Assembly: GCA_964427455.1 (NCBI GenBank)
Contig: CAYRUY010000003.1
Location: 98 to 64,097, forward strand
Reading direction: 5' to 3'
DNA: 64,000 nucleotides
Origin: an uncultured Candidatus Bathyarchaeia archaeon
Lineage (GTDB): Archaea; Thermoproteota; CALKCG01; B24; JAWCPE01
In this document: positions 9,355-19,338 of the stretch, piece by piece
How positions within the stretch are numbered: the stretch's first letter is position 1
Layout: the number at the start of each line of letters is the position of its first letter
The notes under the pieces: model-generated
What the model was told of the DNA's origin: nothing
Seen by the model: the letters and a program-made list of their open reading frames with translations, nothing else
Database searches by the model: none
Position numbers and translations under genes: made by a program

Positions 9355-10805
9355 ATGTGGAGCCGTGCCTCTCTCTCAGTCCTCCTCTTGAGCGCCCTCG
9401 CAATCGCAGGCGCTCTCTCGTTACAGGGCTACGCCGCTCAAGCCCAGGGCTCATGGACCTACTATGGTCACATCCCCGGAGAGGTCTGGCTGGCCTCCAA
9501 TGATAACGACGCGAACAAGCCATACGTGATCAGGCCTGAGACCGTTGTGGACTACGGCCGAGTGACGGTGATAGGAGCCCATGACCAGACTCACGTCGAG
9601 GTGTACGTTCTTCCAGACAAGGCGCTGGTGAAGAGCATCAGCCTGAGCAAGTTGGAGAAGTCTTCTATCAGCCTTCCGAACGGGACCTTCTTCAAAGTCG
9701 TCTCAGACAAGCCTGCGACAGTGGTCTTGATGGGCGGCGTAGCCATGGAGCGGGGAGAAGCCTACACCACGACATTCTGGACAGGCACTAGTGGAGGCTA
9801 CGTGGACCGCGAGTTCGTCTTCATAGCTCTTCAAGGAAAGAGCCTACCCACAGGCTACGTGGGCGGCTTGGTGCACAGGGTCTACGCGCTCGAAAAGAGC
9901 GACGTAACGATTCAGGATAGCAGCGGCTCAACGGTTTCGGAGTTCAAACTTCAGTCCAACGGCGTGAACTCTCACTAGTGCCCCTAGAGGTCTACAGGCT
10001 TGTCTCAACCGGGCGCGTCATGCTCCAGACCTTCTTCCTCGGCGGCTGGTATGCAGCCTGGCTCTTCGGAGGCACATGCTACTATCCGGCGGTGAAGGGC
10101 AGCTTCCAAGGCAAGGTCTTCTACGGTGGAGCCTTCGACCCGGCGTATATATGGCATACGTTCATCGCAGGCGAACTCCTCGTCCCGAGCGGGCAGGAAG
10201 CTAACGTGAAAGTCTCAGATGTTCAGAACAGGCGAGAGGCCCTGAAAGGCACAGTCCCAGCTCAGGGAGAGCTGGCCGTCTATCCTAAGGCGGCACACAT
10301 CATCGTAGAGGCAGACCAGCCCGTCATCGTAATGGTAAGGAACACGGGCCTAGCCCAGGGCGGCCTTAAGGCAGGCCAGACAGCGTACCTCGACATCCCC
10401 TCCGGTGGCAACTTCTCAGGAGAAGCATACCTCTTCGCGTGCAAGGAGACCACCGTCACACTGGACGACGTGAACCTCAAGCTGGCCGCTGACGAGTACC
10501 TGCCCCTCCGCGGGGGCCTACACAAGCTGTCAGCCTCGGAGAACGTTGTCTTCCAGGTGGCTAACTGGCCCGCAGCGTCAGATATCCAGTGGACCTACGC
10601 GGGGAGAATCCCTAGCTTCATGCGGCTTTCGGACTACGGCGCCTGCATTCCCTCAGTACAGACGCTCGACCTCACCTACGAGGACTTGGAACTGAAGCCT
10701 CTGATAGGCCAGGAGCTACCGTTGACCTACATCGCAGCGGGGGCTGCGGTTGCGCTCGCAGTGATAGTTACGGCCTTCGCCTTCAGACGTAGGTCTAGGG
10801 CCTAA
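9355..10805 (+). pseudogene. Member 1 of a secreted, C-terminally anchored repeat-protein family, disrupted by a 1-nt frameshift near 9958-9978
   Basis: Two adjacent ORFs (9355..9978 and 9978..10805) lie in different frames. Together they align with the intact paralogs at 12101, 13697 and 49776 ('LQSN' then 'RRELSLVPLEVYRLVSTG' versus 'LLANEERGLALISTAVYRLVSTG'). There is a signal peptide at the N-terminus and a TM helix plus Arg-rich tail at the C-terminus. Confidence 0.5.
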
Positions 10806-10886
10806 ACGGGGCCATCGCGAGAGGGCATGAGCTAGCCATTAGCGGAGAGAGACGTCAAGGCAGCCAAACGGGCATCGATGCGCGTT

Positions 10887-11867
10887 CTAGACTGGGACTT
10901 TCACCGCCCTGCCCGTCTCCGCGGACTTCGCGACCGCCAAGGTCAAAGCGAGGGTTTTGACACCCTCCCGTATGGGCACCTCCGTCGGCTCGTCGGCAAG
11001 GATCGCCTGGACAAACTTTCTGTCCTCGTCCAAGTACGGGTCGTTCGTCGACTGGAACTCGGTCGATTCCTGTCCCCTCAGCACCCGCGCTCTTGAACCC
11101 TCGACCGTCAGCTGAAGGTTCTTCGCAACAAGCCTCGCTCCCACGTAGCCTCCGCTCGGCTGAGCCGCCGAAGTGTTCGTTATGACGCCCAGAGCCCTAT
11201 TCTTGAAGCGGAGTAGGGCTATGCCCACATCTTCCACGGTGAAGTTGGGCTCATCCTTATGGACAAGGGTGTCCAGTCGCCCATAGACCTCTCTAACCTC
11301 GCCTGCCAGGAATCTCGCTAGGTCATAGATGTGAGTTGCCTGCTCGACGACCTGGCCGCCGCTCAGGTCTTTCCGCCTCCACCAGAAGTCGGGGCCTCCG
11401 GGGATGCCGCCCCACCAGTTTCCCTCAAAGAGCGCGATCGGGCCGCCTTCCGCTTGAAGCACAGCCTTGGCCCGTCTGACGGAGAGATACTGCCGCATAT
11501 GGTAGCCGACCCAGCTCTTCACGCCTGCCAACTCGATCGATGCCTGCATGCTCTGCGCTAGCTCAAGCGTCAACGCGATCGGCTTCTCGATGAAGATGTG
11601 AACGCCCTTCTCAGCGGCGACGGTCACCTCTTCCATGTGAGCGAATGGTGGGAGACAGACCCAGACTGCGTCAAGCCTCTCCTTCTCAAGCATCTGGTGA
11701 TGATCCGTGTAGGCGGCTGCCTTGTAGACGCCTGCACGCTCCTTGGTCCGCGCCTCAACAATATCGCATATCGCCGCAATCCTCGCCTGCGGGATCTTCG
11801 ACAGGCGTTCCAGGTGTACGCCCGCGATCCCACCTGCGCCGATCAAGCCGACCCTTACCTCGCGCAA
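10887..11867 (-). CDS. Gfo/Idh/MocA-family NAD(P)-dependent oxidoreductase
   Basis: 'VRVGLIGAGGIAGVHLERL' is an N-terminal Rossmann motif, and the 326-aa length is typical of the family. Confidence 0.65.
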   Translation of the reverse strand: MREVRVGLIGAGGIAGVHLERLSKIPQARIAAICDIVEARTKERAGVYKAAAYTDHHQMLEKERLDAVWVCLPPFAHMEEVTVAAEKGVHIFIEKPIALTLELAQSMQASIELAGVKSWVGYHMRQYLSVRRAKAVLQAEGGPIALFEGNWWGGIPGGPDFWWRRKDLSGGQVVEQATHIYDLARFLAGEVREVYGRLDTLVHKDEPNFTVEDVGIALLRFKNRALGVITNTSAAQPSGGYVGARLVAKNLQLTVEGSRARVLRGQESTEFQSTNDPYLDEDRKFVQAILADEPTEVPIREGVKTLALTLAVAKSAETGRAVKVPV

Positions 11868-12100
11868 CTTACCGCCTCAGAGAGCAGCGTCCGCTAGCGC
11901 CTTGACTTAAGAGTTTGGCGCTCGTCGTCCTCGGGTCAAGGCTTGCCGATAGGAGATCTGTGGAAAGTCAGGCGTGGGCTTAGAGGACTATCTGAAAGCT
12001 AGATCGACTCTTGTGCTCTGCGGTCACAACGGAGAACGCTCTCGATCGCCAAGGCTTAAAACGCCTTTCCGCAATATCATGCGGCGTAATAGGCCCTTTC

Positions 12101-13522
12101 ATGCCTCGATGGAGCCAAGCGGAGTTGAGTCCAAGGATCCTTCATGTCCTAGGCCTGCTGGTTCTCTTGTCTGCGGCCGCTATGCTTTCGGGCACAGTCG
12201 ACTCGTCAGGGGCGGCGCCGCTGGCGGAAGGGTATGATTACTACGGCTACGTGCCTCGGAACATCACCCAGGTCTACACGTCGGGTTACTACAGCTTCAC
12301 GAACGTGACCGGTCAGGTCCGGGGCATCGTCGCGATCGTGGGCATTCACGACGGCACGAGGGTCGCGGTATACACTCTTCCCGATAAGGGCCTTGTGAAG
12401 AGCCTGACTGTGAACAGGCTAGAGAGAGCCTTCGTCTATCTCTCTAATGGGACCTTCTTCAAAGCCACTAGTGACAAGCCTCTCTCAATCGTCTTAATGG
12501 GCGGCCTCGGGATTGAGACCGGCGAGGCCATGATCAGCACATTCTTCACAAACACCGAGGGAGGCTATGTGGGAAAGGAGTTCATCTTCATGGCCATAGA
12601 GGCCAAGATGATGACCTACGCGTCTGGTGTCTGGGCCGTCCTCCCCGGATTGCCAATAAGGGTCTACGCGTTAGAAGACAGCGACATCACCGTTTCGGAT
12701 GTGAACGACACGAAGGCCGCTGAGTTTCATATCGCCGCGAACAAGTTCCGCGAGTTTGAACTCACCGCGTTCGGCGTCTACAGGCTGCTCTCGACAGGCG
12801 CGGTTATGGTTCAAACCTTCTCATTCGACCGGTCATGCTTCTACCCTGCGGTGGAAGGAGGCTACGTCGGTAAGCTCTTCTATGGAAGTGCCCCCTTGAA
12901 GGAGCTGTGGGGCGCAACTTGGACGCAGGCGGGCTTCAGCTACATTGCCACATCAGCTGAGGGCGCGAAGGTCACGGTCGCAGACCTAGGATTCTGGAAG
13001 AAGGAATCTGAGGTGGATGTCGCGCCTCGGCAGAATATCTCCTTCCCGGTGAAGGTTGGCCACATGTCGGCTCAGACCGATAAGCCTATTCTACTCATGT
13101 TCAAGAGCGACGACCGCACGGGCGGCGTCGCGGTCACTGGTCTAGCAGCAGGCCAAGAGGCGTATATCGTCTCGCCGAACGGGGAAACCTACGTGTTCGC
13201 GTACAAGGAGACAGTCGTGACCCTCGACGACGCCCAGGTTAGGCTCCAGCCTGACGGCATCCTGACAGTCCCCGAAGGCCTCCACAAACTGTCCACGTCC
13301 GAGAACATCATCGTCGAGACCGCGAACTACCTGAAGGCTTCATCTGTGGCAAATTTCGGCCAATGCTTACCCTCGGCTCAGTCCCTAAGCCTCAGGAATA
13401 CCGGCGTTAGAGCTAGACCCGTGATTAAAGAGGAGCTCCCTTGGGTGTACATCGCAGGCGGGGCGGCTGTCGTCGCAGTCGTGGCAGTTGCCCTCCTCAT
13501 GAGGACGAGGAGAAAACGCTGA
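12101..13522 (+). CDS. Member 2 of the secreted, C-terminally anchored repeat-protein family (putative surface glycoprotein)
   Basis: A signal peptide, shared motifs (YYGYVP, NGTFFK, GGYVGKEFIF, YRLLSTGAVMVQ, YPAVEGGYVGKLFYG, LHKLSTSENI, EELPWVYI) and a C-terminal TM helix followed by RTRRKR. Confidence 0.6.
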   Translation: MPRWSQAELSPRILHVLGLLVLLSAAAMLSGTVDSSGAAPLAEGYDYYGYVPRNITQVYTSGYYSFTNVTGQVRGIVAIVGIHDGTRVAVYTLPDKGLVKSLTVNRLERAFVYLSNGTFFKATSDKPLSIVLMGGLGIETGEAMISTFFTNTEGGYVGKEFIFMAIEAKMMTYASGVWAVLPGLPIRVYALEDSDITVSDVNDTKAAEFHIAANKFREFELTAFGVYRLLSTGAVMVQTFSFDRSCFYPAVEGGYVGKLFYGSAPLKELWGATWTQAGFSYIATSAEGAKVTVADLGFWKKESEVDVAPRQNISFPVKVGHMSAQTDKPILLMFKSDDRTGGVAVTGLAAGQEAYIVSPNGETYVFAYKETVVTLDDAQVRLQPDGILTVPEGLHKLSTSENIIVETANYLKASSVANFGQCLPSAQSLSLRNTGVRARPVIKEELPWVYIAGGAAVVAVVAVALLMRTRRKR

Positions 13523-13696
13523 CACGCATGGCAGAAGACCACTCGCGCATGCAGGTGCACGAGAAGGCTGTGTCTGGACGCTTCTCCGGACCTTAGCCAT
13601 GCCTCGCCAAACCTGCTCCGAACAGAAGTTCTCGGCGTCAGATAGCGGGAAGCCTTATCTTTGGGTTTCAGGCTGCGATCGATTGCCGGTGCTGCT

Positions 13697-14989
13697 ATGA
13701 TTCCTCGGGGTCTCAGTCGCTTCCTCGCCTTCGCGTCTCTCCTCGCACTTTCCTCTGGGTTCTTGGAGGTCACAGCTCTCACTGACGTCGGCGCCCACAG
13801 CGTCTTCTACTGCTACGTGCCCACATCCGCGGTCGGAGGCGAACTCCACGTGGTAGGTCTCACCGATAACACGAAGGTGTGGATCCTTGACATCACCGAG
13901 GAAGAACCGAAGGTCGTCCAATCTGGCGTCATAGATAGGCTTGAGGACCTGGTCCTCCGAGATGTACCGTTTGAAAGATACTTTAAGGTAGTATCCAACA
14001 GACGAGCTGTGGCGCAGCTTCGCTCCGTCGAGGGCTCGGCCGGATCGGCCTTCTTCCCAGGCGTAGGTGGTAGCTTCGTCGGAAAGGAGTTCATCCTCAG
14101 GACGTTCGGAACCTCGAACTACCATATCTTCGCCGTCGATGCCTCACACGTTGCGGTTCAAGATGCCCGAGGAACCGTTCTAGAGGAGTTCGACCTAGGT
14201 GTTCAAGGCCGTCGAACGGTCACGCTGGCAGCGAATAACGTCTTCAGGCTTCTCTCCACGGGGAACATCACTGTGTCCACATGGGCTGACGATGGTTTCA
14301 CCGCCGTTCCGTCCTTCACCGGCGAGTTTGTCGGCAGGACATTCTATGCGAGGACGTGGGTTGGCTTCAACGGTTGCTTCGTCGTTTTCGCTTACCAAGA
14401 CGCATCAGTAAGCGTGACCAATCTGGAAGGCGGGCGCTCCTACACCGCAGCCCTGAAGAGGGGTGAGTATTGGTACGAGGAAAACGTCGGGAATGCAGAC
14501 CTGATCTTTGACAGCACCGGTGATGTAGCTGTCTGGAGCGGTGACATAGAGGGTTTGATGGGCATCAAGTCGCTCGGGGACGACATCACCTTCACAGGCG
14601 GCAAGGACGCAAGGGAGTTCTGGTTCCAAGCCGTCCATAGGAAAGCCGGCCCGGCCGCCGTGATCTTCGCGTGGAAGGACACTACGGTCGAGTTGAACGG
14701 TACGGTTGAGACGATCAAGGCCGATGGACACTTGGACGTACCCGAGGGATTCTATCACCTAAGGTCCGACGAGTCAGTCGTCGTAGAGACCCTCGGCGAA
14801 GACAACTTCTTCAACAACTGGGGCACGTGCCTCATGGCAGCTTCAGAGATGGCAGCCGACACGTCTATGCTGCCCGAGCCTAATGTACAAGGCGACTCCA
14901 GCCTCCTCTTGGTAGGAGTCGGTGCCGCCGCATCCGCAGTCTCGGTCTCTGCGATCGTTCTCTGGTTCACTCGACATCGGCGGCGCTGA
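13697..14989 (+). CDS. Member 3 (divergent) of the secreted, C-terminally anchored repeat-protein family
   Basis: A signal peptide, 'FRLLSTGNITV', 'GSFVGKEFIL' and a C-terminal TM helix followed by RHRRR. A TTG start at 13661 is also possible. Confidence 0.55.
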   Translation: MIPRGLSRFLAFASLLALSSGFLEVTALTDVGAHSVFYCYVPTSAVGGELHVVGLTDNTKVWILDITEEEPKVVQSGVIDRLEDLVLRDVPFERYFKVVSNRRAVAQLRSVEGSAGSAFFPGVGGSFVGKEFILRTFGTSNYHIFAVDASHVAVQDARGTVLEEFDLGVQGRRTVTLAANNVFRLLSTGNITVSTWADDGFTAVPSFTGEFVGRTFYARTWVGFNGCFVVFAYQDASVSVTNLEGGRSYTAALKRGEYWYEENVGNADLIFDSTGDVAVWSGDIEGLMGIKSLGDDITFTGGKDAREFWFQAVHRKAGPAAVIFAWKDTTVELNGTVETIKADGHLDVPEGFYHLRSDESVVVETLGEDNFFNNWGTCLMAASEMAADTSMLPEPNVQGDSSLLLVGVGAAASAVSVSAIVLWFTRHRRR

Positions 14990-15261
14990 CTCTGTTCACG
15001 CGTCCGGTCTCTCACCCTCACCTGCAGGAAGTCGAGGTGAACGGGTGCCCTCGTCGCAGCGGAGAGGCCCGGGGAAAGGGCGGCAGAAGTCATGGGCTAC
15101 TCGTGTTAAGCCGTAGCTAGGTTGTTCACGTTCTCCTTGTCGATTGGCATCAGCGTAACCGCCAGCTGAGCCTGGGACCTACCGTTCTGGGCAACAAGGG
15201 CGACACGGTTTGCGGTCCAAGAAATGTTTATTGAGCCGGTTCTGAGACACTTCTTTGCGGG

Positions 15262-16374
15262 TTGCTCATGAGGGCTTTGGGCATCGACCCTGGAACTAGC
15301 AGCTTCGATGTCTGCTGCATCGGCGACTCGGCTGAAGAGGTTCTCTTGGGGGAACGCATCCCGACCGAGGTGGTCGCCAAGCAGCCGGAGGAGCTCTATC
15401 GAGTTGTCGTTGAGGCCAAGCCGGATATCGTGGTAGGGCCCTCGGCGATGGGGATGGCGTTCAAGCATATCTCCGAGGCCACCGAGCTGGACCTTGCCTT
15501 CGCCACTCTGGCGAAGAACACGGAGGTCGATGTCGCCATCAGGAAGTTCATACAGATGCTTAAGGCATCTGGGCTGAACGTCTACTTTGTGCCCGGCGTC
15601 ATACAGCTTCCGACGGTCCCTCAGTACCGAAAGTTGAACAAGGTCGACATGGGCACCGCGGACAAGACCTGCATCGCCGCTCTTGCGATATGGGACCACG
15701 CGCGAAAGCACGGCGTCGACTATGAAGCAGCAAGCCTAGTGGTTGTCGAGCTGGGCTTCGGCTTCAACGCCGCCATAGCGGTTGAACAAGGACGGATCGT
15801 CGACGGCGTGGGCGGAACGATCTTTCCTGGGCCTGGCTACCTGACGATGGGCGCTATGGACCTCGAACTGCCTCACCTCCTCAAGGGTTTCAGTGAACTC
15901 CACTTGGCGGAGGGAGGCACCAGCTATGCAGCGTCAGGCAGAGTCGTGAGCCCAGAGCTATTCGCAGAGAGGCTCACTGGCGACCCGCGCTTTCGAGAAG
16001 CTTGGAGAGCGTTCCAAGAGGGCGTCATCAAATCAATTGTTATGGAACTTGCCTCGTTTGAGAAGGCTCCTAAGGAGATTCTGCTCTCGGGCAGGCTCTC
16101 AAGGGTCCCTGCGCTCTTCGAGAGGCTGTCGCCGGTAATCGAGCGGGTCTCGAGGCTGCCAGCACGGAGGCTCGAAGGCTTCACGGGGAAGGTGAAAGAA
16201 GCGGCGCAGGGAGCCGCGCTTCTCGCAAACGGGATCGGAGGCGGCGCCTACCAAGGTCTCGTTGACGCCATCAAGATCAAGGAGGCCCGCGGCACCGTCC
16301 TAGACTACGTTCGACTGCCCGGCTTCAATCTCCAAGCGATCATGAGGAAACGAATGGCCGACATGAGGATGTAG
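15262..16374 (+). CDS. ASKHA-fold (actin/hydantoinase-like ATPase) protein, possibly of the H4MPT-linked C1-pathway-associated family
   Basis: 'MLMRALGIDPGTSSFDVCCIG' is an ASKHA phosphate-1-like motif. It sits next to a beta-RFAP synthase-like gene. Confidence 0.4.
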   Translation: MLMRALGIDPGTSSFDVCCIGDSAEEVLLGERIPTEVVAKQPEELYRVVVEAKPDIVVGPSAMGMAFKHISEATELDLAFATLAKNTEVDVAIRKFIQMLKASGLNVYFVPGVIQLPTVPQYRKLNKVDMGTADKTCIAALAIWDHARKHGVDYEAASLVVVELGFGFNAAIAVEQGRIVDGVGGTIFPGPGYLTMGAMDLELPHLLKGFSELHLAEGGTSYAASGRVVSPELFAERLTGDPRFREAWRAFQEGVIKSIVMELASFEKAPKEILLSGRLSRVPALFERLSPVIERVSRLPARRLEGFTGKVKEAAQGAALLANGIGGGAYQGLVDAIKIKEARGTVLDYVRLPGFNLQAIMRKRMADMRM

Positions 16375-16375
16375 G

Positions 16376-17350
16376 TTACCGGCTTGAGACCTCTGTCCGC
16401 GCGCCCCTGTTGTCCGCCCTGACCTTAAGGACCTCAGCTTTCTCCCCGGCTCTCTCCTTGACGGCGTCTTGCAGCTTCTCAGCCTTAGCTTCGGAGTCTA
16501 CGAAGCCGTACACGGTTGGGCCCCAAGAGCTCTGGCCTACTCCTTGAGCGCCGGCCCTGTGAAGAATCGGGATCAGCCACATCGAGGCGGGGTTGAAGAT
16601 GCTCCGCTGAACCGGTAAGTAGATACGGCCCACTAAGACTTGGAGTTCAGTCAGGGCTTTGCCGAAGCTCTCTGAGTCCGCCTCCAGCACCGCCGGGACG
16701 AGTCGCGACACGGTGATGAAGTACGTCTTGTGGATGAGCGCCTCAGGTGGCTTCGTCGAGTGGAGTTCTCTGAAGGATTGGTCCTCCGCTTCCCCGTGAG
16801 GAGGAGTGACGACCCCCCTCGGCCTCGCGAGGACGAAACGCCACTCGGCCGGAAACTTGGCTCGGAGAATCAACGGAGGTACGAGGGGCTCTTCTCCCTC
16901 AAGGAAGGACCTAGCTCCGGCCTTAAGCCTCAATCCGCCCGTTAGAGCGAAGCCCCCGCGTTGAAACGTGTGAACGCCTCCCGTCGAGGTCCTCTTCAGG
17001 GCCTTCAGCAAGGTGATGCTGTCGGGCTTCAGCCCGTGGGCTGCCGTGACAGCCCTGCCGACCGTCAACGCGAGCTGTGTTGTCGAGCCGAAGCCTGCAT
17101 GTCTCGGCGCCACTGAAAGCACCTTCACGGAGGCTCCGTCCAGGCCGAAGCCCGCTAGTGTTCTCCGCGCGTAGAGCGCAACCTCGCGTTCCTCAGTGCC
17201 CTCGACCGTCAGCTCCCTTGCGTCCTCAGCATCGACCACGGCCCTAGGCTGGTCTATAGCAGCTATGGGCGCATACCCGAACCTACCGAGACCGAACGGG
17301 TCTATGTCGCCGAGATGGAGCCTCGCCGGAGCCGAGACACGTACCTTCAT
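16376..17350 (-). CDS. GHMP-kinase-fold protein, beta-ribofuranosylaminobenzene 5'-phosphate synthase-like
   Basis: 'MKVRVSAPARLHLGDID' and 'HAGFGSTTQLALTVGRAV' (the GHMP PxGSGLGSS-like motif). It is 324 aa. Confidence 0.55.
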   Translation of the reverse strand: MKVRVSAPARLHLGDIDPFGLGRFGYAPIAAIDQPRAVVDAEDARELTVEGTEEREVALYARRTLAGFGLDGASVKVLSVAPRHAGFGSTTQLALTVGRAVTAAHGLKPDSITLLKALKRTSTGGVHTFQRGGFALTGGLRLKAGARSFLEGEEPLVPPLILRAKFPAEWRFVLARPRGVVTPPHGEAEDQSFRELHSTKPPEALIHKTYFITVSRLVPAVLEADSESFGKALTELQVLVGRIYLPVQRSIFNPASMWLIPILHRAGAQGVGQSSWGPTVYGFVDSEAKAEKLQDAVKERAGEKAEVLKVRADNRGARTEVSSR

Positions 17351-17441
17351 GCATCAGCCCTGCCGCAGCCTCCGGGTCGACACGCCCCAAGCTTAAGGGT
17401 TGCGGGTCTTCGAGCAACCGTGGACATCAGCGGCGCAAGCA

Positions 17442-18230
17442 CTAGAGCACTTGCATTAACGCCTCTGCCACCTTGTCACGCGTGCATACCAGTGTTCGCC
17501 CGTTGATCCTCTCGACGCCCGTCCTCTTCGCGACCCTGTCGGCTGTCTGTACATCCACGAACTCAACTTTCAACCGGACCGGTGTTTCGGGCACGTAAGG
17601 CTTCCACTGCATGCCCCTCAGCACTGCTCGCTTCGACGCCTCTCTGATGAGCGGCCTCGTCACAGACGGGTGTAGACAGCGTGCCGCGAACCTGCTCGTC
17701 GCCTCCTTCACCGCGACTCCTTCGATGTCGCCTAGGAGGCTCCTTGCCTCCTTCACAGCGGCGGCGTCCCCAGCAACCAAGCCCATAGGAACGCCGAGTT
17801 GGCCTGCGATCGCCGCCCAGAGCCCAACCTCGCCGACTAGCCGATCGTTAAGCCACATGTTCACTATGGAGGAAGACGACAATGTGTGGCTGAGAAGCCC
17901 GTCTTGCGTGCCCGCCATGGAATGCGCGCCTATGCCGAACATGAGGTTGAAGCTGCTATCCAAGCCCTCTAGCTCGGAGACCCTCCGGCCCCGAATAAGC
18001 TGAGCTTCAGGCACCAGGGTTTCTAAGTCGATGCTGAAACCGGGGCCATGTCCGTCAAGAGCGACAACGTTCTGCGCGCCAGCCTCGAGAGCTCCCTCAA
18101 CTGCGGCGTTCACATCCCCTGTCAGAAACCTGATCGCGGCTTGATACTGCCTAGCTCCAGGGTTGAAATCCTCCCAGGTGCCGGCTACGCCTGTGGCGCC
18201 CTCTAGGTCCGTCATGATAAACAGCTTCAT
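17442..18230 (-). CDS. dppA: Peptidase M55, D-aminopeptidase DppA family
   Basis: 'MKLFIMTDLEGATGVAGTWED' is a typical DppA N-terminus. A longer TTG start at 18254 is possible. Confidence 0.6.
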   Translation of the reverse strand: MKLFIMTDLEGATGVAGTWEDFNPGARQYQAAIRFLTGDVNAAVEGALEAGAQNVVALDGHGPGFSIDLETLVPEAQLIRGRRVSELEGLDSSFNLMFGIGAHSMAGTQDGLLSHTLSSSSIVNMWLNDRLVGEVGLWAAIAGQLGVPMGLVAGDAAAVKEARSLLGDIEGVAVKEATSRFAARCLHPSVTRPLIREASKRAVLRGMQWKPYVPETPVRLKVEFVDVQTADRVAKRTGVERINGRTLVCTRDKVAEALMQVL

Positions 18231-18273
18231 GCTCTCACCCCTCTCAAACCTCAAGGATTAATGCGGCCTCCGG

Positions 18274-19338
18274 ATGGTTAAACCCTATGGAGCTCCAACG
18301 GTCACTTCGAACCGGGAGATACGCTTAGCTGCCCATCATCGCAGCCCTTTTCTTGCCGCAGACGCGTCTACGCACGTTGCCAAGGTCGGAGAGGATTACG
18401 TGTTGAAGGCTGCGATGATCGCGACTTGGGACTGGGGCTTGGAGGCTGTATCGGAGGGCGTCGCGCGGCTCAAGGCTGGCGAGAGTGCTCTGGACGCCGT
18501 TGAGGCTGGAATAAGGCTTGTCGAGGACGATCCTAAGGTTCTGTCGGTTGGGTTAGGCGGCCTACCGAACCTGAACGGGGAAGTGGAGCTCGACGCTGCT
18601 GTGATGGATGGGGAAAGCCTCAAAGCTGGAGCCGTAGGAGCCTTGAAAGAAATCCGGCATCCCATCTCGGTGGCGAGGAAAGTCATGGAGCTAACGCCTC
18701 ACGTGCTCCTTGTAGGCGAAGGTGCGCTAAGCTTCGCCCAGACCTGTGGCTTCCGAAGGGAGCAAGCCTGGAAACCTGAGGCCCAAGAGCGTTGGCGCAA
18801 GTCACGCGCCGAGCTGGATTCGACGACCAAGCTCCATGGACAGAACGACGCCTACTTGGATAGGATCGGAGAGTTCTCAGCCAAGTTTCCCTTCCCGCGG
18901 CCTCCTGCCTCATGTGACACCGTGAGCGCCGTCGCGATCGACCGACGCGGGAAGCTTGCGGCAGGAAACTCGACGACGAGGCTCTTCATGAAGCTTCCGG
19001 GCAGGGTGGGAGATTCACCTATCATCGGCGCAGGCCTGTACGCGGACAACCGTGTTGGCGGCGCGGCTGCAACAGGCATCGGCGAGATCGCTGTTGTCTA
19101 CTGCTTGTCAAAGCGCGTCTGCGACCTGATGGCCGGCGGACTGAAGCCTCATGAAGCATGCCAGACCGCGATCGATGAGACCCGACTTCCGCGAGGCTAC
19201 CCTGGCGAGGTCTCAGTCATGGCACTTGGCAAGAACGGCAACCCGGGGGCTGCCACAAGCCGTCAGGAGGGCTTCGCTTACGCGTATCAGCGAGAGGATA
19301 TGGCACAGCCCCTGGCCCTGCGAGCCCCGCTGCTGTAG
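18274..19338 (+). CDS. Ntn-hydrolase isoaspartyl peptidase/L-asparaginase family protein
   Basis: 'CDTVSAVAIDRRGKLAAGNSTTRL' (the nucleophile Thr region) and 'GDSPIIGAGLYADNRVGGAAATGIGE'. Confidence 0.65.
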   Translation: MVKPYGAPTVTSNREIRLAAHHRSPFLAADASTHVAKVGEDYVLKAAMIATWDWGLEAVSEGVARLKAGESALDAVEAGIRLVEDDPKVLSVGLGGLPNLNGEVELDAAVMDGESLKAGAVGALKEIRHPISVARKVMELTPHVLLVGEGALSFAQTCGFRREQAWKPEAQERWRKSRAELDSTTKLHGQNDAYLDRIGEFSAKFPFPRPPASCDTVSAVAIDRRGKLAAGNSTTRLFMKLPGRVGDSPIIGAGLYADNRVGGAAATGIGEIAVVYCLSKRVCDLMAGGLKPHEACQTAIDETRLPRGYPGEVSVMALGKNGNPGAATSRQEGFAYAYQREDMAQPLALRAPLL

